DNA from: Vicugna vicugna
Taxonomy: Eukaryota
Direction of reading: 5' to 3'
Assembly: GCA_013265495.1 (NCBI GenBank)
Contig: MU057503.1
Span: 1 to 64,000 of the forward strand
DNA: 64,000 bases
The notes under the pieces were generated by a model, which searched no databases, had not been told where the DNA came from, and saw nothing but the letters and a program-made list of their open reading frames with translations. The translations under genes and the position numbers were made by a program. Positions within the stretch are counted from its first letter, which is position 1, and the number at the start of each line of letters is the position of its first letter. Below are positions 36,870 to 50,000 of the stretch, one piece after another.

Positions 36870-37460
36870 GATTATTCAAAAATAATTTATTGAAGAAGAA
36901 TTATGTTCACAAACATGGTGTTAGGTACCAACTGAACAAAACAAACGTGGTACCTGATCACAAAGCGCTTATTGCAATAAATAGAGACATTAAATAAGCA
37001 TGTCCTTACAACCTGCAGTAACACAATACTATTGGGGCAGGAACAGAAAGGAGTTCACTGAGACTTGGGTTCCAGAAGGCCTTTCTGAGAAAATAATGAT
37101 TAAATCAAAACCTAAAGGATAAGTAAGAGACAGACAGGAAAAGAGTGGACAGAAGACATTTAAGAAATAAGGTGCAACATGGCTAAAGGTCTAAGATCAA
37201 TCAGAGTTGGCACATGTGAGGAATGGGAAGAAGGCCAGTCAAAAGCCAAGGGGAAAACTGAGGAGACGAGGTAGGGAAAGAAGCAGGAGCCAGATCATGG
37301 CTTTTAGGTCATGGTAAATGTTTTCAGGACAAGGACTGGCCAATACTGACATGATCAACCTGACTTTATTTGAAATGATTGCTCCATCCCCTGGGAAAGA
37401 ACCAAAAAGAAGGCAAGAGTGGAAGACAGGAGGCCAATTACAGAGGCGTAGCAGGAGTGC
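36870..37460 (-). mobile_element. L2 LINE fragment
   Basis: attcaaaaataatttattgaag...cagaaggcctttctgagaaaataatgattaaatcaaaacctaaaggataagtaagag...gcaggagccagatcatg. Confidence 0.7.
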
Positions 37461-38439
37461 AGGGGAACCTCATTTTTTCCAGTGAGTTCCTTGTCTCCTC
37501 TGGTCCCTTACACCTCACTCTGATTTTTCATGGAAAGGCTTGACTTGTTAGAGACACTGGGATTCCTCATGTGGCAATCAAATCATTAATATAAGGAATG
37601 ATCTAACTCTTCTCAGCTGTTTTCACTCTTCCTGGAAGTGGCTTCGTCATTAAAGCCTAAAGACTTTGGATTGCAAAGCTGATCCCCAGATAACAAAGTG
37701 CTTATGTTCCCTTGTATTACAAGGAGGTAGTTTCCAGAAATCTCTGGAGATTTATTTGAAAACAGAGCAAAAAAAAAAGAGCTTTGGTATTTTAAAATCC
37801 AACAATCATCAATCACTAGAAAGTTAAACACCTCCCCTGAAGCACAGAACTACAAAGACAAAGATCTCCAAAGGGTCATGATAACAAACAGACAATGTGC
37901 AAACCAGAGGATCAGCGAGGCCCAGCCCTCACACAGGTGGCACGTGGGCTCCAAACATACCGAGGGGCCGCAGATCAGAAATCACCGCCAAGATTCGCCG
38001 TCTAGAGTAGATGCAAAAGGCTTCCAGCAAAATCTCAACCATAAATTAAAATTTCAGTCAAGGAAAAATATATTAAAAAGGACACAGTTTTTCTTAGACA
38101 AGAGTCTTTTCAAACAAGTGTCCATTTTCTGGGATAGTGTGTGTGTGTATTTATCACACTTTTGTAACAGAAAGAATTTACTATTTGGGAAGTACAAGAA
38201 TATATTCAAAAATTTAATTCAAGGATGAACCACATTGCCTTAACATTTTATCACAGGAGTTATTAACCTGAGTTCCATAAACCACTAAGGAGACACTATG
38301 AACTAGCTCCCTGAAGGAACACACAAATACTTAGATGCATTTGTGCTTCAGAGATTTTCCTACAGAGGACTGTGACATTCATCAGACTTTCAGTCGAGTT
38401 CAAGAGTGAGTGACTGAGGTTAACCTACCTGCTCCTAGC

Positions 38440-38812
38440 AAGCTTTCCCATCACCCACGGACACCTGACGCAGGCCTGGCCAAGCAGTCTTCCGGCCCTG
38501 ACCTAATGAGCGTGAAACTGTTTTTCCACTGGAGTTGCTAAGTTTGAGCTGCAATGCCCATGTTCCCTGCTAAATGGAAAAATCTTTCCAAAAATAGAAC
38601 ACATGAAGAGAGAAATATGGGTTAAGAAAACAGGCAGATTTCTGCCATCACTGAGTCCCTGGTTCCACTCATAGGTCTAGTTCTTGTATCTCCTCTTCCA
38701 ATTCTGAGATCTACCCGAGGATTCTTCCAAGTTATTTTAGCTGATCAGTCCTTTTGGTTAAGCTAGTCTGAGCTGGAGTTCTCTGTCGCTTGCAAGAGAA
38801 GTTAGTTCTGGC
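38440..38812 (+). mobile_element. Old MaLR LTR fragment (MLT1J/K/L-like)
   Basis: End motif cttttggttaagctagtctgagctggagttctctgtcgcttgcaagagaag. Confidence 0.5.
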
Positions 38813-39824
38813 TTATAAATAACCACCCTAAAGCTTCAGAATTATCTCTTTAATGTAGTGGTCTGATGTCAGAGCCCAACAGGGATTTGTAGATATTAAA
38901 ACTGAAATTGGACCAAAATACGAATTTGTATTTGACCAGCTAACATTCAGAGACATTACTATGACTGAGAGACCTGACATACATTTTATTGGATTTAATT
39001 CTAGTGGCAGAAATTAAAACCCAATTAGACACCTGTGGAAAGCTTATTAAATTATATTTACACATTAAGTGTTTGCTTAATAAATCTAATAAACCATAAG
39101 ATCATTTGAGGTTACAAAGCAGATGGCACATTTTAGGTAAATTTAAAGGAATTAGGCAGCTATCATAAAATTCTTTAATCATATATGTTATAAAATACTC
39201 TAAAAATTTCATGATAGAAAAGGATCTGTGAGTTTCTTCAAGTTGATTCTAGTAGTAATAATGATATAAGGAGCAAAACCTGGTAAATCACAAAACACAG
39301 AAACACTGCCCAGTCAGTAGTGTAAATCTCTAGAACAGCCTCCAAATCAATAAGATATGTAATAATGACAAGCAGCACCTACAAGTAACTGGAATAAAAG
39401 TGAATTGTAACACAGCCCAGAATCATTATCCAAACTATATTAAAAGTGCATTTAACACAAGAATGTGATCAGTCTTCTTAATGTCAGTAACACTGCCAAT
39501 AAATAAAATTTATTTTGTCTCCTTCATCCTAGACAGTCATAACATTCCAGAAATCTCATAAAGCTATGAAACCAAGGTTTGAGACTTAGACCTCCTGAGC
39601 ACTTTGCAACAGACTCCCACCTGCAGCCTTTTAGCAGTACCTAGATCGTTCAAAGTTTATAATTACTGAGGTCAGTGACTAGTTATTGTCTGAGTTGTGA
39701 ATTATAAATTTAGTTTCCAGTCAGGGAATCAGTAACGTAGTGAAACCTCATTGAGAATGGGGTGTTTTAGATACATAAATTTCACCAAACAGATAAGGAG
39801 GCAAATACTACACTGAGAGGCATC

Positions 39825-40050
39825 AGTGTACCAGGTCCCTGCTGGCTGCACTTCACACAGATAACAGCATCCCAGCCTCATAGCACCCCTGCAAGGTGGG
39901 AAGTATCACCTCTGCTTTAGGGAGAAGATAAATAAGAACATGGAACCTCATAGCATTAATTAACCTGCCCGCATCACTTAAACAAAAGAAGTGAATCTGG
40001 AAAGTAAACCCAGTCTAAAGCCAAGTCCTATCACCACACCATGCTATCTT
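39825..40050 (-). mobile_element. MIR SINE
   Basis: cctcatagcacccctgcaaggtgggaagtatcacctctgctttag...taacctgcccgcatcac...aaacccagtct. Confidence 0.6.
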
Positions 40051-42757
40051 CTTTGAGCTACCCAATTTTTTCATTTTAGTTAATAAATGGTCATAAAATG
40101 GGAAAGATTTTTAGATGTGAGTTTCCTTTTAAAACAGAAAATACTGAATATATTTTCTTAAGGTGTCAGGGATAATCATCCATATGAAGGGATTTTTTTT
40201 TCATTTTTCTTTTTCACCCCTTCAGGTCATGCTTTTGATTATTCTACCTGCTGTCATTGTGTATTGTGCATTCCTAAGAGCAGCTTTCCACACACACACG
40301 TATGTAAACACACACAGTCAAGTTGGCTCTTCCAATCTGCTATGGATGGGGAAACAAGATTACCATGTTGTTTAAGAACTATAGGCTTATTAAGAGTCAT
40401 AAAATTCTGGAAGAATCCAGAAAGCCAATTCCATGTCTTCATAGTAAGGTCTTTGAAACCACTATTTCAGAAGCCTCCTCAGTTTATTTTCTTACTTCTA
40501 GTGAAGTTTATATCCTAAAGGACTGATAATTCTGAAAGCAGGATTGGAGACAGAGAATCACCTGTAGCTGTAATTATATGTGTATACAATTTGGTATAAT
40601 GGGTTTTGAAGGACAAGTAGGAGTTTGCCTGGTTAAGAAGTTGAGGCAGAGCCAGCAGGAAAAAGCTGCTTCTTCCTGTGTAATTATGTGCGTAAGGGAA
40701 AATTTTTCTTTCTGCTCTCATTATATAATGCTTTGTCCCCCTTTGATGAATATTTCCTTTGAGCTTAAAGTAGATCATCGGAGGAGATTCCCTAGGTTGT
40801 TATTTGGATTAAAATGGGATGGGCTAGATTAAAAATATTTAAAGTTGAACTATTATATTTAAACTATTTTTCTAGGTCCATTAAAAAATCAGTCACAGTA
40901 TCTTGATTTTGCAACAGTTCATATTCTGAAAACATGGGACATTTTGCTTCAAAAACGTAACTTAAAGGTCACAATTAAATTCAACATCAACATTTATTAA
41001 GATCAAGTAAATACTCCCTGAAAATTAGATTACTCTCCCCAGTGTGTATTTAAATTGGCAGCTGGTGACTAGTATAACATGTTCCACATTGTTACACCAC
41101 AGCAGCACAGAAGCCATCACACAGACGTAACATCATCGTGGAGATGGTGATCCGTGAGATCTATTCCGGTAAAGTTCAAGAGCTGAGCCACCTACTAAGC
41201 AAGTATCAGAACAGCTCTAAGTTACCACAGCTTTATGGAATTCCAGAGCTATTTCCGAAATCTAAACAGTTCCTTTATTATAGGACAATAACATAGACTG
41301 GACCCAATGGCCCCATCAGCTTAAAGTTAAGATAAACATTATCAAATATATTCTGATAGAGAAAAACTAAGCTAGCAACTCATGATATTTTTTGACAAAC
41401 CCACAGCTACCATGTTGAATCCTCATAGATTTCATCAAAGGAGGGTCTGGGGTTGTCCTGAGCACCAGGCTCCATCACCTTTTTATCTGTATTATCCACA
41501 GCCCACTCCAGTCCATCCCCTGAGATAAACGACCCAATTCCCACATCACTCGTATATATTCTGAATGCTACTAGCCTTGATGTCTCTTTCTACAGCACAC
41601 CCTTATGCTCATGCAACCTCTACACCCATCAACAATAGATGTGCGAACTCAATTACGTGACTTCCACCCATCAGATCAGAGTTCATACTCGAAAAAGTTC
41701 AAGAAAAGCATCTGTCTACACTAACATCTCACACTTACAATAGCCTAAAGCAGATGCATCAAACCAGAGGAAACACTGACCAAAATGCTTGCTGTCCATT
41801 CAGAAATGCTGCTTGCCCAGAACTGCTGGCATTCACCTTGCTAACCGAAACACCTTCTTAGAATCTGTAATATTTACTGTATGTCTAGCTGGACACTTTC
41901 ATTTCTGATTTCATCCTAAGGTCAAAGTTGTACACTTACCCCATGAGAACCTAGCAGCTGGTCTGTTATTGTCCAGTCCAATAGATGGAGGGATATCTTC
42001 AAATTAAGATAGCAAATAGAGTTGTACAGAATGGCTATTTACAGACTACACACTGCCTCGTAAACACCTGGGAGCTGGCAGGGCCAGGATAGTATGCTCT
42101 TATGGAAAATGATGCAAATGACAAATGAGCAATGTCTAATTATTCCAGTGCTGCTCAGACTCAGAGACAAAAGCAAGAAAACTGAGAGTTAGGGCTAGAA
42201 CCCCATCCTTCTGTAACCCTATTGTGCCTGTATACCACAGTACATATTAATGTAACATCAAGCCCTATTTTTAGACCTCTGCAATTCCACAGGCATAAAT
42301 CATTTTGGTGCCACAAGTCACCTTTGAGTTAGCAATGCCAGATTTCACATTTTGCAGGATCCTGCAAGCAATGTAATTGAAAGCAAGTGGTATTTAAAAT
42401 GAATAGTGATAACTTTAATAGAATAAAATTAGCCTAAAAATAGATTGTTTGAGAGAATTTAGGTAGTAATTAAAAGAAAAAGTGACAAACATGCCACTTA
42501 ACTAATTCTATCTTCACAATAGCTTTCACATTTGAATTTGGAATGCTGTTCTTCTGCCGCCAAAAAAAAAAAAAAAAGCTAATGAAACAGTCTTGTTTTC
42601 TTTTTACATAATTCTGATTAATCTTCAGGGATCTTAGCCAAAAGGGTTCTCTCTGAATTGAACATCTGATTAAAGAGGGAAGGACACAGCACAGCTCAAG
42701 GCACAAGTTGGTCAAAGTGTTACTTCTTGTAATAGTTCATGACCATGGTTGGAGAAG

Positions 42758-43153
42758 TGTAATTAAAAACAAAATTTTTTCCCAACTCAGAAGTCCTCTC
42801 CCCAAAGGTAGAGGAGGAAAATATCATATCTTTATTACAGGAGGTAGTTTTGCAACCTGGTGAACGGCTCCTATCTCCCCCCACCCCCACCCCAGACAGG
42901 AGACAGGGCCTCTATCTTTCTTCATGTTTACATTTCAAAGGGACAGTGCCCAGGCCCTTGAGAAAGGTATTCCAGGCTTATAAAGCTGAGCAAAGGCGTA
43001 GAAAGTTTTCAGAAGGATTTATACATGTTTCCAAGAGAGGAGAAAGTACCTGCAGATTTTCTAAAGTCAAGGTTCTAAGAAAAAGAAAAGGGGAATATCT
43101 TCCCTTATTTTCAACAGTGACAATGAAACCTCTTAATCTTTATTTTCCTTACA
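42758..43153 (-). mobile_element. ERV1-class solo LTR
   Basis: TG...CA termini (tgtaattaaaaac ... ttttccttaca); tttatt (AATAAA on the - strand) at ~42832; tgtttacatttcaaagggacag...cccttgagaaagg motif typical of ERV1 LTRs. Confidence 0.7.
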
Positions 43154-45448
43154 CCAGCCAGGCTCAGTGTGAATACCAGGATGCAAACTCATTTACTGAA
43201 GATATGTGACTACTACTGCAAGTCCCCAGACAGGAAAATGTAAAACAAAAATGGTTTCTACACCATAAAAGCAGCACAAGTTAATACTTCATGCCGAGCC
43301 ACATGCATTATGAACTACAGTGATTATTGATAATATATTTCACCACGGGGAAAAGCAAATCCTTAATAAGCCTTTGTTTTCTTGCCCATTTCTGACAGGG
43401 GTGATGATTTCATTTCTAACTTGTTCAGAAGTAAAATTATAATGATAACCAAAGGGAAATGCTCTTGCTCCCCTATATGAGAATATCTATACAATCATTA
43501 GTCATTAAAAATGTATTACACTGAGAACAAAGGGGAGTTTTGAGTTCATCTAAATAATGCATGCTACACTACAAAAGACAAAAAGTATGGCAGAGATAAG
43601 TTAAATGGGTCAACTTACCAAAATTCCCAATCGGTCCTATAGTCAGAACATACATCTGGCTGATGATGCATCCCAGACACACAGTTCAACCTATTTGATG
43701 AACTTTCTCCCTGCATACAGTAATTTTCCACTAAGTGCTCTTATAAGGGCATTATCTAATGTTAGCATTAAGAGGGATGTGTAATACCAATCAATAGCCA
43801 AATAAAACGAAACCACCAGAAGTCAGAAGGGGATAATGCAGAGAGTAATGCTTTCTGGTGAGACCTTTAGAGGGCAACGTCAAACAGACTCATCCAGAAG
43901 CTGTGGCCATTAGTGGATCACGGGCAACGCTGATGAAGTTGCCAACACAGCTCCCGTTTCGTGAAAAACAGGTGCGATCTCAGTTCTTGCTTCATGTGCT
44001 TCAATTCCTCTCGGAAAATGCTTCAATAAAAGGGAATATCATAAAGAAGAGAATAAAAGGCTTAATGAAAACACTAAGTAGAGTCTTGACGTTATACATC
44101 ATCCAAAAGTGTTTTCTGGGTTTTGGTGTTTGGGCAGGTAGAGGAAAAGGCAAAAGGGAAGGGGATGCTTCAGTTCTGTCGAATCTAAAATCTGCCCTTA
44201 GATCTCATGTGTTTGGCAAATTAAAAGAAAGCATAAGAGAATCACTAAAGGTGACACTGGTCTGCTGGCTCAGAGTCTGGAGCGTAACAGTAAACTTTCC
44301 TTTAGTATATCCTCCTTTAATTTACATGAAAATAGAGCTGTGTCTCTAACCTTCATCCCTAACTTCCTACTGTGAAAACAGCTGCATTCTCTGCCTTTCA
44401 GCAAATTAAAAGTTAAAATAGCTTCCCCGTCAGGAGCAGCAGCAGCAGTGGAAAGACTTGCAAAAGAGCTCCCTTTTACTGCTGTAGAGCGTTCTGTTTC
44501 CCAAGGATCGCTGCTACCTTTTGACACCAGCAAAGAAGCTCTCAAGAAATAATACCCATCCTTTATCAACTCACGATTACCCTCTGTGCTGTTCCCTGAC
44601 AAAGATCAGGACAAAATCCCTAACAAGAAAGATTTCTTAATTCTCCTCACGCATTGATTTTTGCTTTCATGTACAGCGAAGATTCACCCTCTATCCATCA
44701 CTGATAATAGAAGTAATTAATAAAAAGTTAAAAGCAAAACAAAAATTTAGGTCACTCTGCAGTTCAAATAAAAGTGTAAAATAACTCTGGTATTTTCTTT
44801 AAAAAGAAAAAATAAACAGTTGCGAATGAAGACCAATCAGAGTTTAAAAGCTACTAGAAAAAAAGAGAGACATCATTTCCTCAGAATGGCAAAAGGTAAA
44901 AAAGGAAGAATGACCACAGGGAACATCGAATAAATGCAGCCAGTGTCCTAAATTTGGCTTGCACTTTATTTTTCCAAATACACCAAATTCTGACTCAAAA
45001 AACTGAAAATAAAGTAATGAATTTTAAAGATTTTTTTAAACCATGTATTCTTAATTATAGTTTAGGAACATTAACATTTTCAGGATTCTGAATTAATGAA
45101 CTAAAATAATTGTCTTAAGTAGGGCTTGCATTCAAAAGGAAACAGAAACAGGAGGTCTGAAAGAAGAGTTATTCCATGAGGATATCCCCCGGACTTTCTA
45201 ACTCTTCTGCATTTCTGTTTTCCTCAGTGCAAGTTCATAACAACAACCTCTTCTTTTCTCACTTAGTGTACAAAAGCTGCTTCATTTCATTAAAAATCTT
45301 CCAGATAACTGATATAAGAATGCTACTAAATAGAATATAAATTACTGTAGCATCTATTACATTAATATTATTGTTAGTATCTGCCAGAGGCCATCAAAAT
45401 TATCTTCCTTTTTTCTATTTTGCTTAAGAAGCCTAAAGAATATTGTCT

Positions 45449-45519
45449 TAAGAATTTATTCTTTCATTTGCTATCTTTTCATGGTAAGAATTTATTCTTT
45501 CATTCACTACTTTCCATGG
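45449..45519. repeat. Tandem duplication, two ~36-bp units
   Basis: taagaatttattctttcatttgctatcttttcatgg / taagaatttattctttcattcactactttccatgg. Confidence 0.9.
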
Positions 45520-45734
45520 TTTCTTTGCCTTCCTTTATGAAAATCTATAGGAAAGCTTTTACTTATGTATCAGTGATTTCTAATGTATAAAAAAATTAGA
45601 TTGTATAGGAAATGCAAAAAATCATAATGTCTCAGTATTTAAAGTTGTTTTGTTAAACCAACAAGGAACATTTTATATCACAAGTCAGACTGCTAAAAAC
45701 CTCCAATTAGTAAAACTTTTCATAATATAAATTA

Positions 45735-45925
45735 TTGCCATTGTCAGGCACATTAAATACATGATCAGATCGAACACCTACAACAACATGATGGAGCTGT
45801 GCTTGTATTCCCACTTTACAGAAAGGCGAAGTGCATCGCCCAGGCTCACAGATACCAGATGGTAGAGACAACCTTTGAATCAGAATCTACTTGAATCCAA
45901 AGCCCAGGGTTTTAGCCACTACTTA
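45735..45925 (-). mobile_element. MIR SINE
   Basis: attcccactttacagaaagg...cccaggctcacagataccagatggtagagacaacctttgaatcagaatct...tccaaagcccagg. Confidence 0.65.
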
Positions 45926-47231
45926 GTTATTACCAGGCACATTTATTATCAATTGTCACACTGTTCTAATATACAGGTTGTTTTTCTTGGTATGATTCAT
46001 AACTCTAAGAGTCCCCAAAGACTACTCCAAGAACTTTGTTTTTTATTAATAATTTTTGTCAGACTTCTTATATGGAACATTTCTATTTCAAGGGCATCAT
46101 TTAATTGAACACGGGCTGATCTAATTATGGATTATTTGAAATGCAGTGTGATTTTGGCCATCTAGCCCAAGGCTAATTTCTAAAACTAACACAGCTTCTT
46201 TCTTGTTAAGTGGTTTCTTGAAACAGTGGCCTCCTTTGAGTAATTCCTCCCCTAAAATTTAGCTATTTCCCATTTTTATGTTAATCTCAAGTCTTGAAGA
46301 GAAATTAATAAATTCATCCTGATCAGAACTTCACCAAACTGAAAACTAATAAAAGTTACCTTCCCATTTGTGCCAAGATTGTATATGACCCCCTCCCCAG
46401 GCCCCCATTTGCCAAGTTTATATATCAGATCATCTCACACTGTTGCAGAAAGCCAGTAGTTAACAGTGTACTGGTTTTTTTTTTCTCAATTTATGACAGC
46501 ATATTACAAAAGCTATGGTAAGATTTTTACAGTTCATGATTCTCTAGCCTTGGATCAAGCCATGCTGCTGCTCAATCTTTTTCAGTCCTTGTTAGCAGAG
46601 GCCATTGTAACTAAATCAAAATATATAGAATGTGCAGTGCCAGGTTCAAATTGCAGACCATAAACTTAGGTGGGCAAGAAATATTACTTTTGTATATTGA
46701 TGTTTCTATAACTGTGTGATGGAAATGTCATCTCAGTAAATTTAAAAGACACATCCCTCATCTATCCTTACCTGCCCTCCCCATGGTCCTGGTTTCCCAA
46801 GGTTAGGTCTGATTTCCACCCTGTGGAGGGAGCATAATTGTACCACAATCCAAAGAGTAGGGAGTGAATCTGACACCATTTATCTGCAATGGTAACTACT
46901 CAGACATCAGCTTCCTTTTTTATCCTTGGTCATTGACCCAAGGAAATTACTGCCAGGTGTTCTTTCATAGTTGCCCAGAATAGCCCCATCACGTCTAGAT
47001 GCCTTAACTTCAGTAAAATCATTCGAGTCTTGTTCTCTGCATCCTTCTGTGGTCTAGCCTCCCCAGTCAAGGAGAGTCAAGGGAATAACAGAAAATAGTA
47101 TGGAGGGAAGAAAGATATATTAGCTAATTCTAGCGAAATAACATGTAAACACATTTTTCAGTAAATGAGATATTTTGTCTGTGTCTGAAAATATGAAAAT
47201 AATTGATCAGATTTTCACAAAGTTTGGAGAG

Positions 47232-48690
47232 TACTCAAACAGCATTTTTCACAGAAATAGAGCAAACAATTCTAAAATTTGCATGGAACCGCAAAAGACC
47301 CAGAGTGGACAATGCAATCTTGCAGAAAACAAAAAAGATGGAGGCAACATATGACCTGATTTCAAACTATATTACAAAGCTATCATAATTATAACTGTAT
47401 GGTACTGGCATCAAAGCAGATACATAGATCAATGAAAGAGAGTAAAAAGCCCAGAAATATACCCCTACATATAGGGTCAACTAATATATGACAAAAGAAG
47501 TAAGAATATACAATAGGGAAATGACAATCTCTTCAATAAATAGCCTTGGGAAAACTGGATAGCCAGATGCAAAAGAATGAAACTAGATCACTATCTTACA
47601 CCTTCCACAAAGATTAACTCAAAATGGATTAAAGACTTGAATTTAAGACCTGAAACCATAACACTTCCGGAAGAAAACATAGGCAGAAAGCTCCTTGACA
47701 TAGATTTTGACAATACTTTTTTGAATCTGAAACCAAAAGCAAAAGCAACAAAACAAAAATAAATAAGTGGGGCTACATCAAACTAAAAAGCTTCTGCACA
47801 ACCATCTACAAAATGAAAAGGCAACCTAATGAATGGGAGAAAATATTTGCAAATCATATACCTGATGAGGGGCTAATATTGAAAATAAATAAAGGACTCA
47901 TACAATATAAAAGCAAGAATAAAAACAACTTAAAAATAGGCAGAAGATCCAAGTAAAAATTTTTTCCAAAGAAAACATACAGATAGCTGACAGTACAAGA
48001 AAAAAGACTCTATATCATTAATCATCAGGAAAATGCAAATCAAAACTTTAGTGAGCTATCACCTCACACCTGTTGGAAGAGCTAGTATCAAAAAGACAAC
48101 AAATAACAAGTGTTGGTGAGGATGCAGAGAAAAGGAAACCCTGAGGCACCATTGCTGGAAATGTACATTGGTGCAGCCAGTATGGAAAGCAGTAAAAAAT
48201 TAAAAATAGAATTACCACATGACTTAGCAATGTTACTTTCAGGTATTTATCCAGAGAAAATAAAAACACTAATTTCAAAATATACATGCTTCCCTCTGTT
48301 CACTGCACTATTATTTATAGTAACCAAGATATGGAAATAACCTAAGTGCCCATCGATGGATGAATGGATGGATGGATAGATGGATGGATGGATAGATGGA
48401 TAGACTGACCGATCCCACCCAATGGAATGTTATTCAGCCATGAAAAAAAAAGTATGGACTATTGCCATTTGTAAAAACATAGATGGACCTCGAGTACATT
48501 ATGCCAAGTGAAATAAGTCAGAGAGAGAAAGATAAATACCAAATGACCTATCTTTTATATGAAATCTAATAAATAAACAAACAAAGCTCGTGGATGCAGA
48601 GAACAGATCTGTGGTTGCCAGAGGCAGGAGGTAAGGGGTAGGAGGAAATGGTGAACTGTTTTTGATTTTGTTTAAATAAATTGAAAAATA
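47232..48690 (+). mobile_element. L1 ORF2 C-terminal third and 3'UTR, frameshifted
   Basis: Translated fragments [49 protein letters not shown] and KLKIELPHDLA are L1 ORF2; 3'UTR ends aaataaattgaaaaata. Confidence 0.95.
48355..48403. repeat. (TGGA/TAGA)n microsatellite expanded inside L1 ORF2
   Basis: atggatgaatggatggatggatagatggatggatggatagatggataga at the L1 position encoding the DEWI motif. Confidence 0.85.
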
Positions 48691-49060
48691 AAGACATAGC
48701 AGAGGTTTTCTTGGGGGCTTCTGAGAAACTTTTGCTCCTCTAATTAAAAAGGAAACAAAAGAGGAAGATACAGGGGAAAAGCTCCCTCCCTTCCTACCTC
48801 CCGACCTGTTGGGGGCACTGGTGTGAGGCTATAATGTCTGGGAATATTTTTCAAACACAAAGTGACAAGCTCAAGGATCAAAAGTTGACAGGACGAAGAA
48901 GGCAGAATAGAGGGGAGAAAAGAGCTGGAATTCTTCATGAACTCACAGAGATGCCAGCCCAACTCTGCCTACTCTTGGCAAAGTAATTAAATGTTTTACT
49001 GAACTGCTTGGGCCATTTTAATGAACCACTTGTAGCCAAAAGCAACCTTTACTGACTGCA
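48691..49060 (+). mobile_element. MaLR LTR 3' portion (MLT1I/J-like)
   Basis: cagaggttttcttgggggcttctgagaaacttttgctc...ggcagaatagaggggagaaaagagctgg...ccacttgtagccaaaagcaacctttactgactgca. Confidence 0.65.
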
Positions 49061-50000
49061 TTGGCCAGAGATGGGATTTATCCTCAGGTTTCTCTTATGC
49101 TGAGACTCTCAACTATTCTCTTGGGGGTCTGGGGAGAGGAGAGAAGACAGCCCTCAGCACCCCACTGCTGAGGAGCCACCTTGCCAGCCCCAGACTGCTT
49201 GTACCTGACTACTAGGAGGTAGAAAAACTTCTATCTTGCCTAAGCCACTTGTCTTTATTTCTGTGACATCATCTATTCCCTGCCTTAAAGTGACCTGTGT
49301 TGCCTAACAAGCACAATAAGGTATTAGTTTTTGGAATGTGACATAATATTATGAAATTAGTCTTAAAAAAAAAATAGAAAAATGTGGATGGTACACTTGG
49401 GACTCTGACTTCAAATGTGCACTGTGTGGCTGACCCAAATTTTCCTTTTAGGGACTGAGGAGTACTTCAAGAGAGATAGGTAGCCATCTTCCAGAGCGGC
49501 CAACCCCAGGGTACAAGAGGCACATGTGACCACAATTAGAGGAGACGCCTCAGATACAAAGCAAGACCGCGTTGTAGGAGAAAGCACAGTCGTTCCAAGT
49601 ACGATCCACAACCAACTGTCACAATGAAAGATGCAGCTAATGATGGATGTACTTTTGCAATTAAACTGCTCTCAGTGCTCAACTTCATACAGCATGCTCT
49701 ATGAAGTGAGTGAGTAGCAACACTCATCTGAAGTGAGTAGCAACAGGGGATTCTTTATTTACAGTGGTTAATTCTTCCTAACAATTGGGAGTTTGTGGAG
49801 AGATTCTAATCCTGAGTAAAAATGACAGGGATTTGGGAATACCGGTATTTGCAAATTTAATATCCTAAGATTTTTTTTCCTGATTTTGAAGCCTTGCTTC
49901 ATTCACTGTGAGACACAAGTAATAAGCTTCACTGTGGTGCCTCAACACCTAGAAGGAGGCTTGGAACACAGCAGGCACTCACTACAAGAATCACAGTCAC

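Noticed and set aside
41132..41296. Open frame containing PQLYGIP, reminiscent of Penelope-type RT or an endogenous viral element
   Set aside because: Only a short motif resemblance; no other RT motifs and a stop follows shortly. A tBLASTx search would settle it.
43858..44349. Longest ORF (163 aa) as a protein-coding gene
   Set aside because: GTG start, no recognisable domain, no convincing splice context; length attainable by chance in 64 kb across six frames.
49702..49745. Short direct repeats (gtgagtagcaaca x2; also 23816-23845, 51541-51568) as an array
   Set aside because: Two-copy local slippage duplications; no repeat-spacer array, so no CRISPR-like structure.
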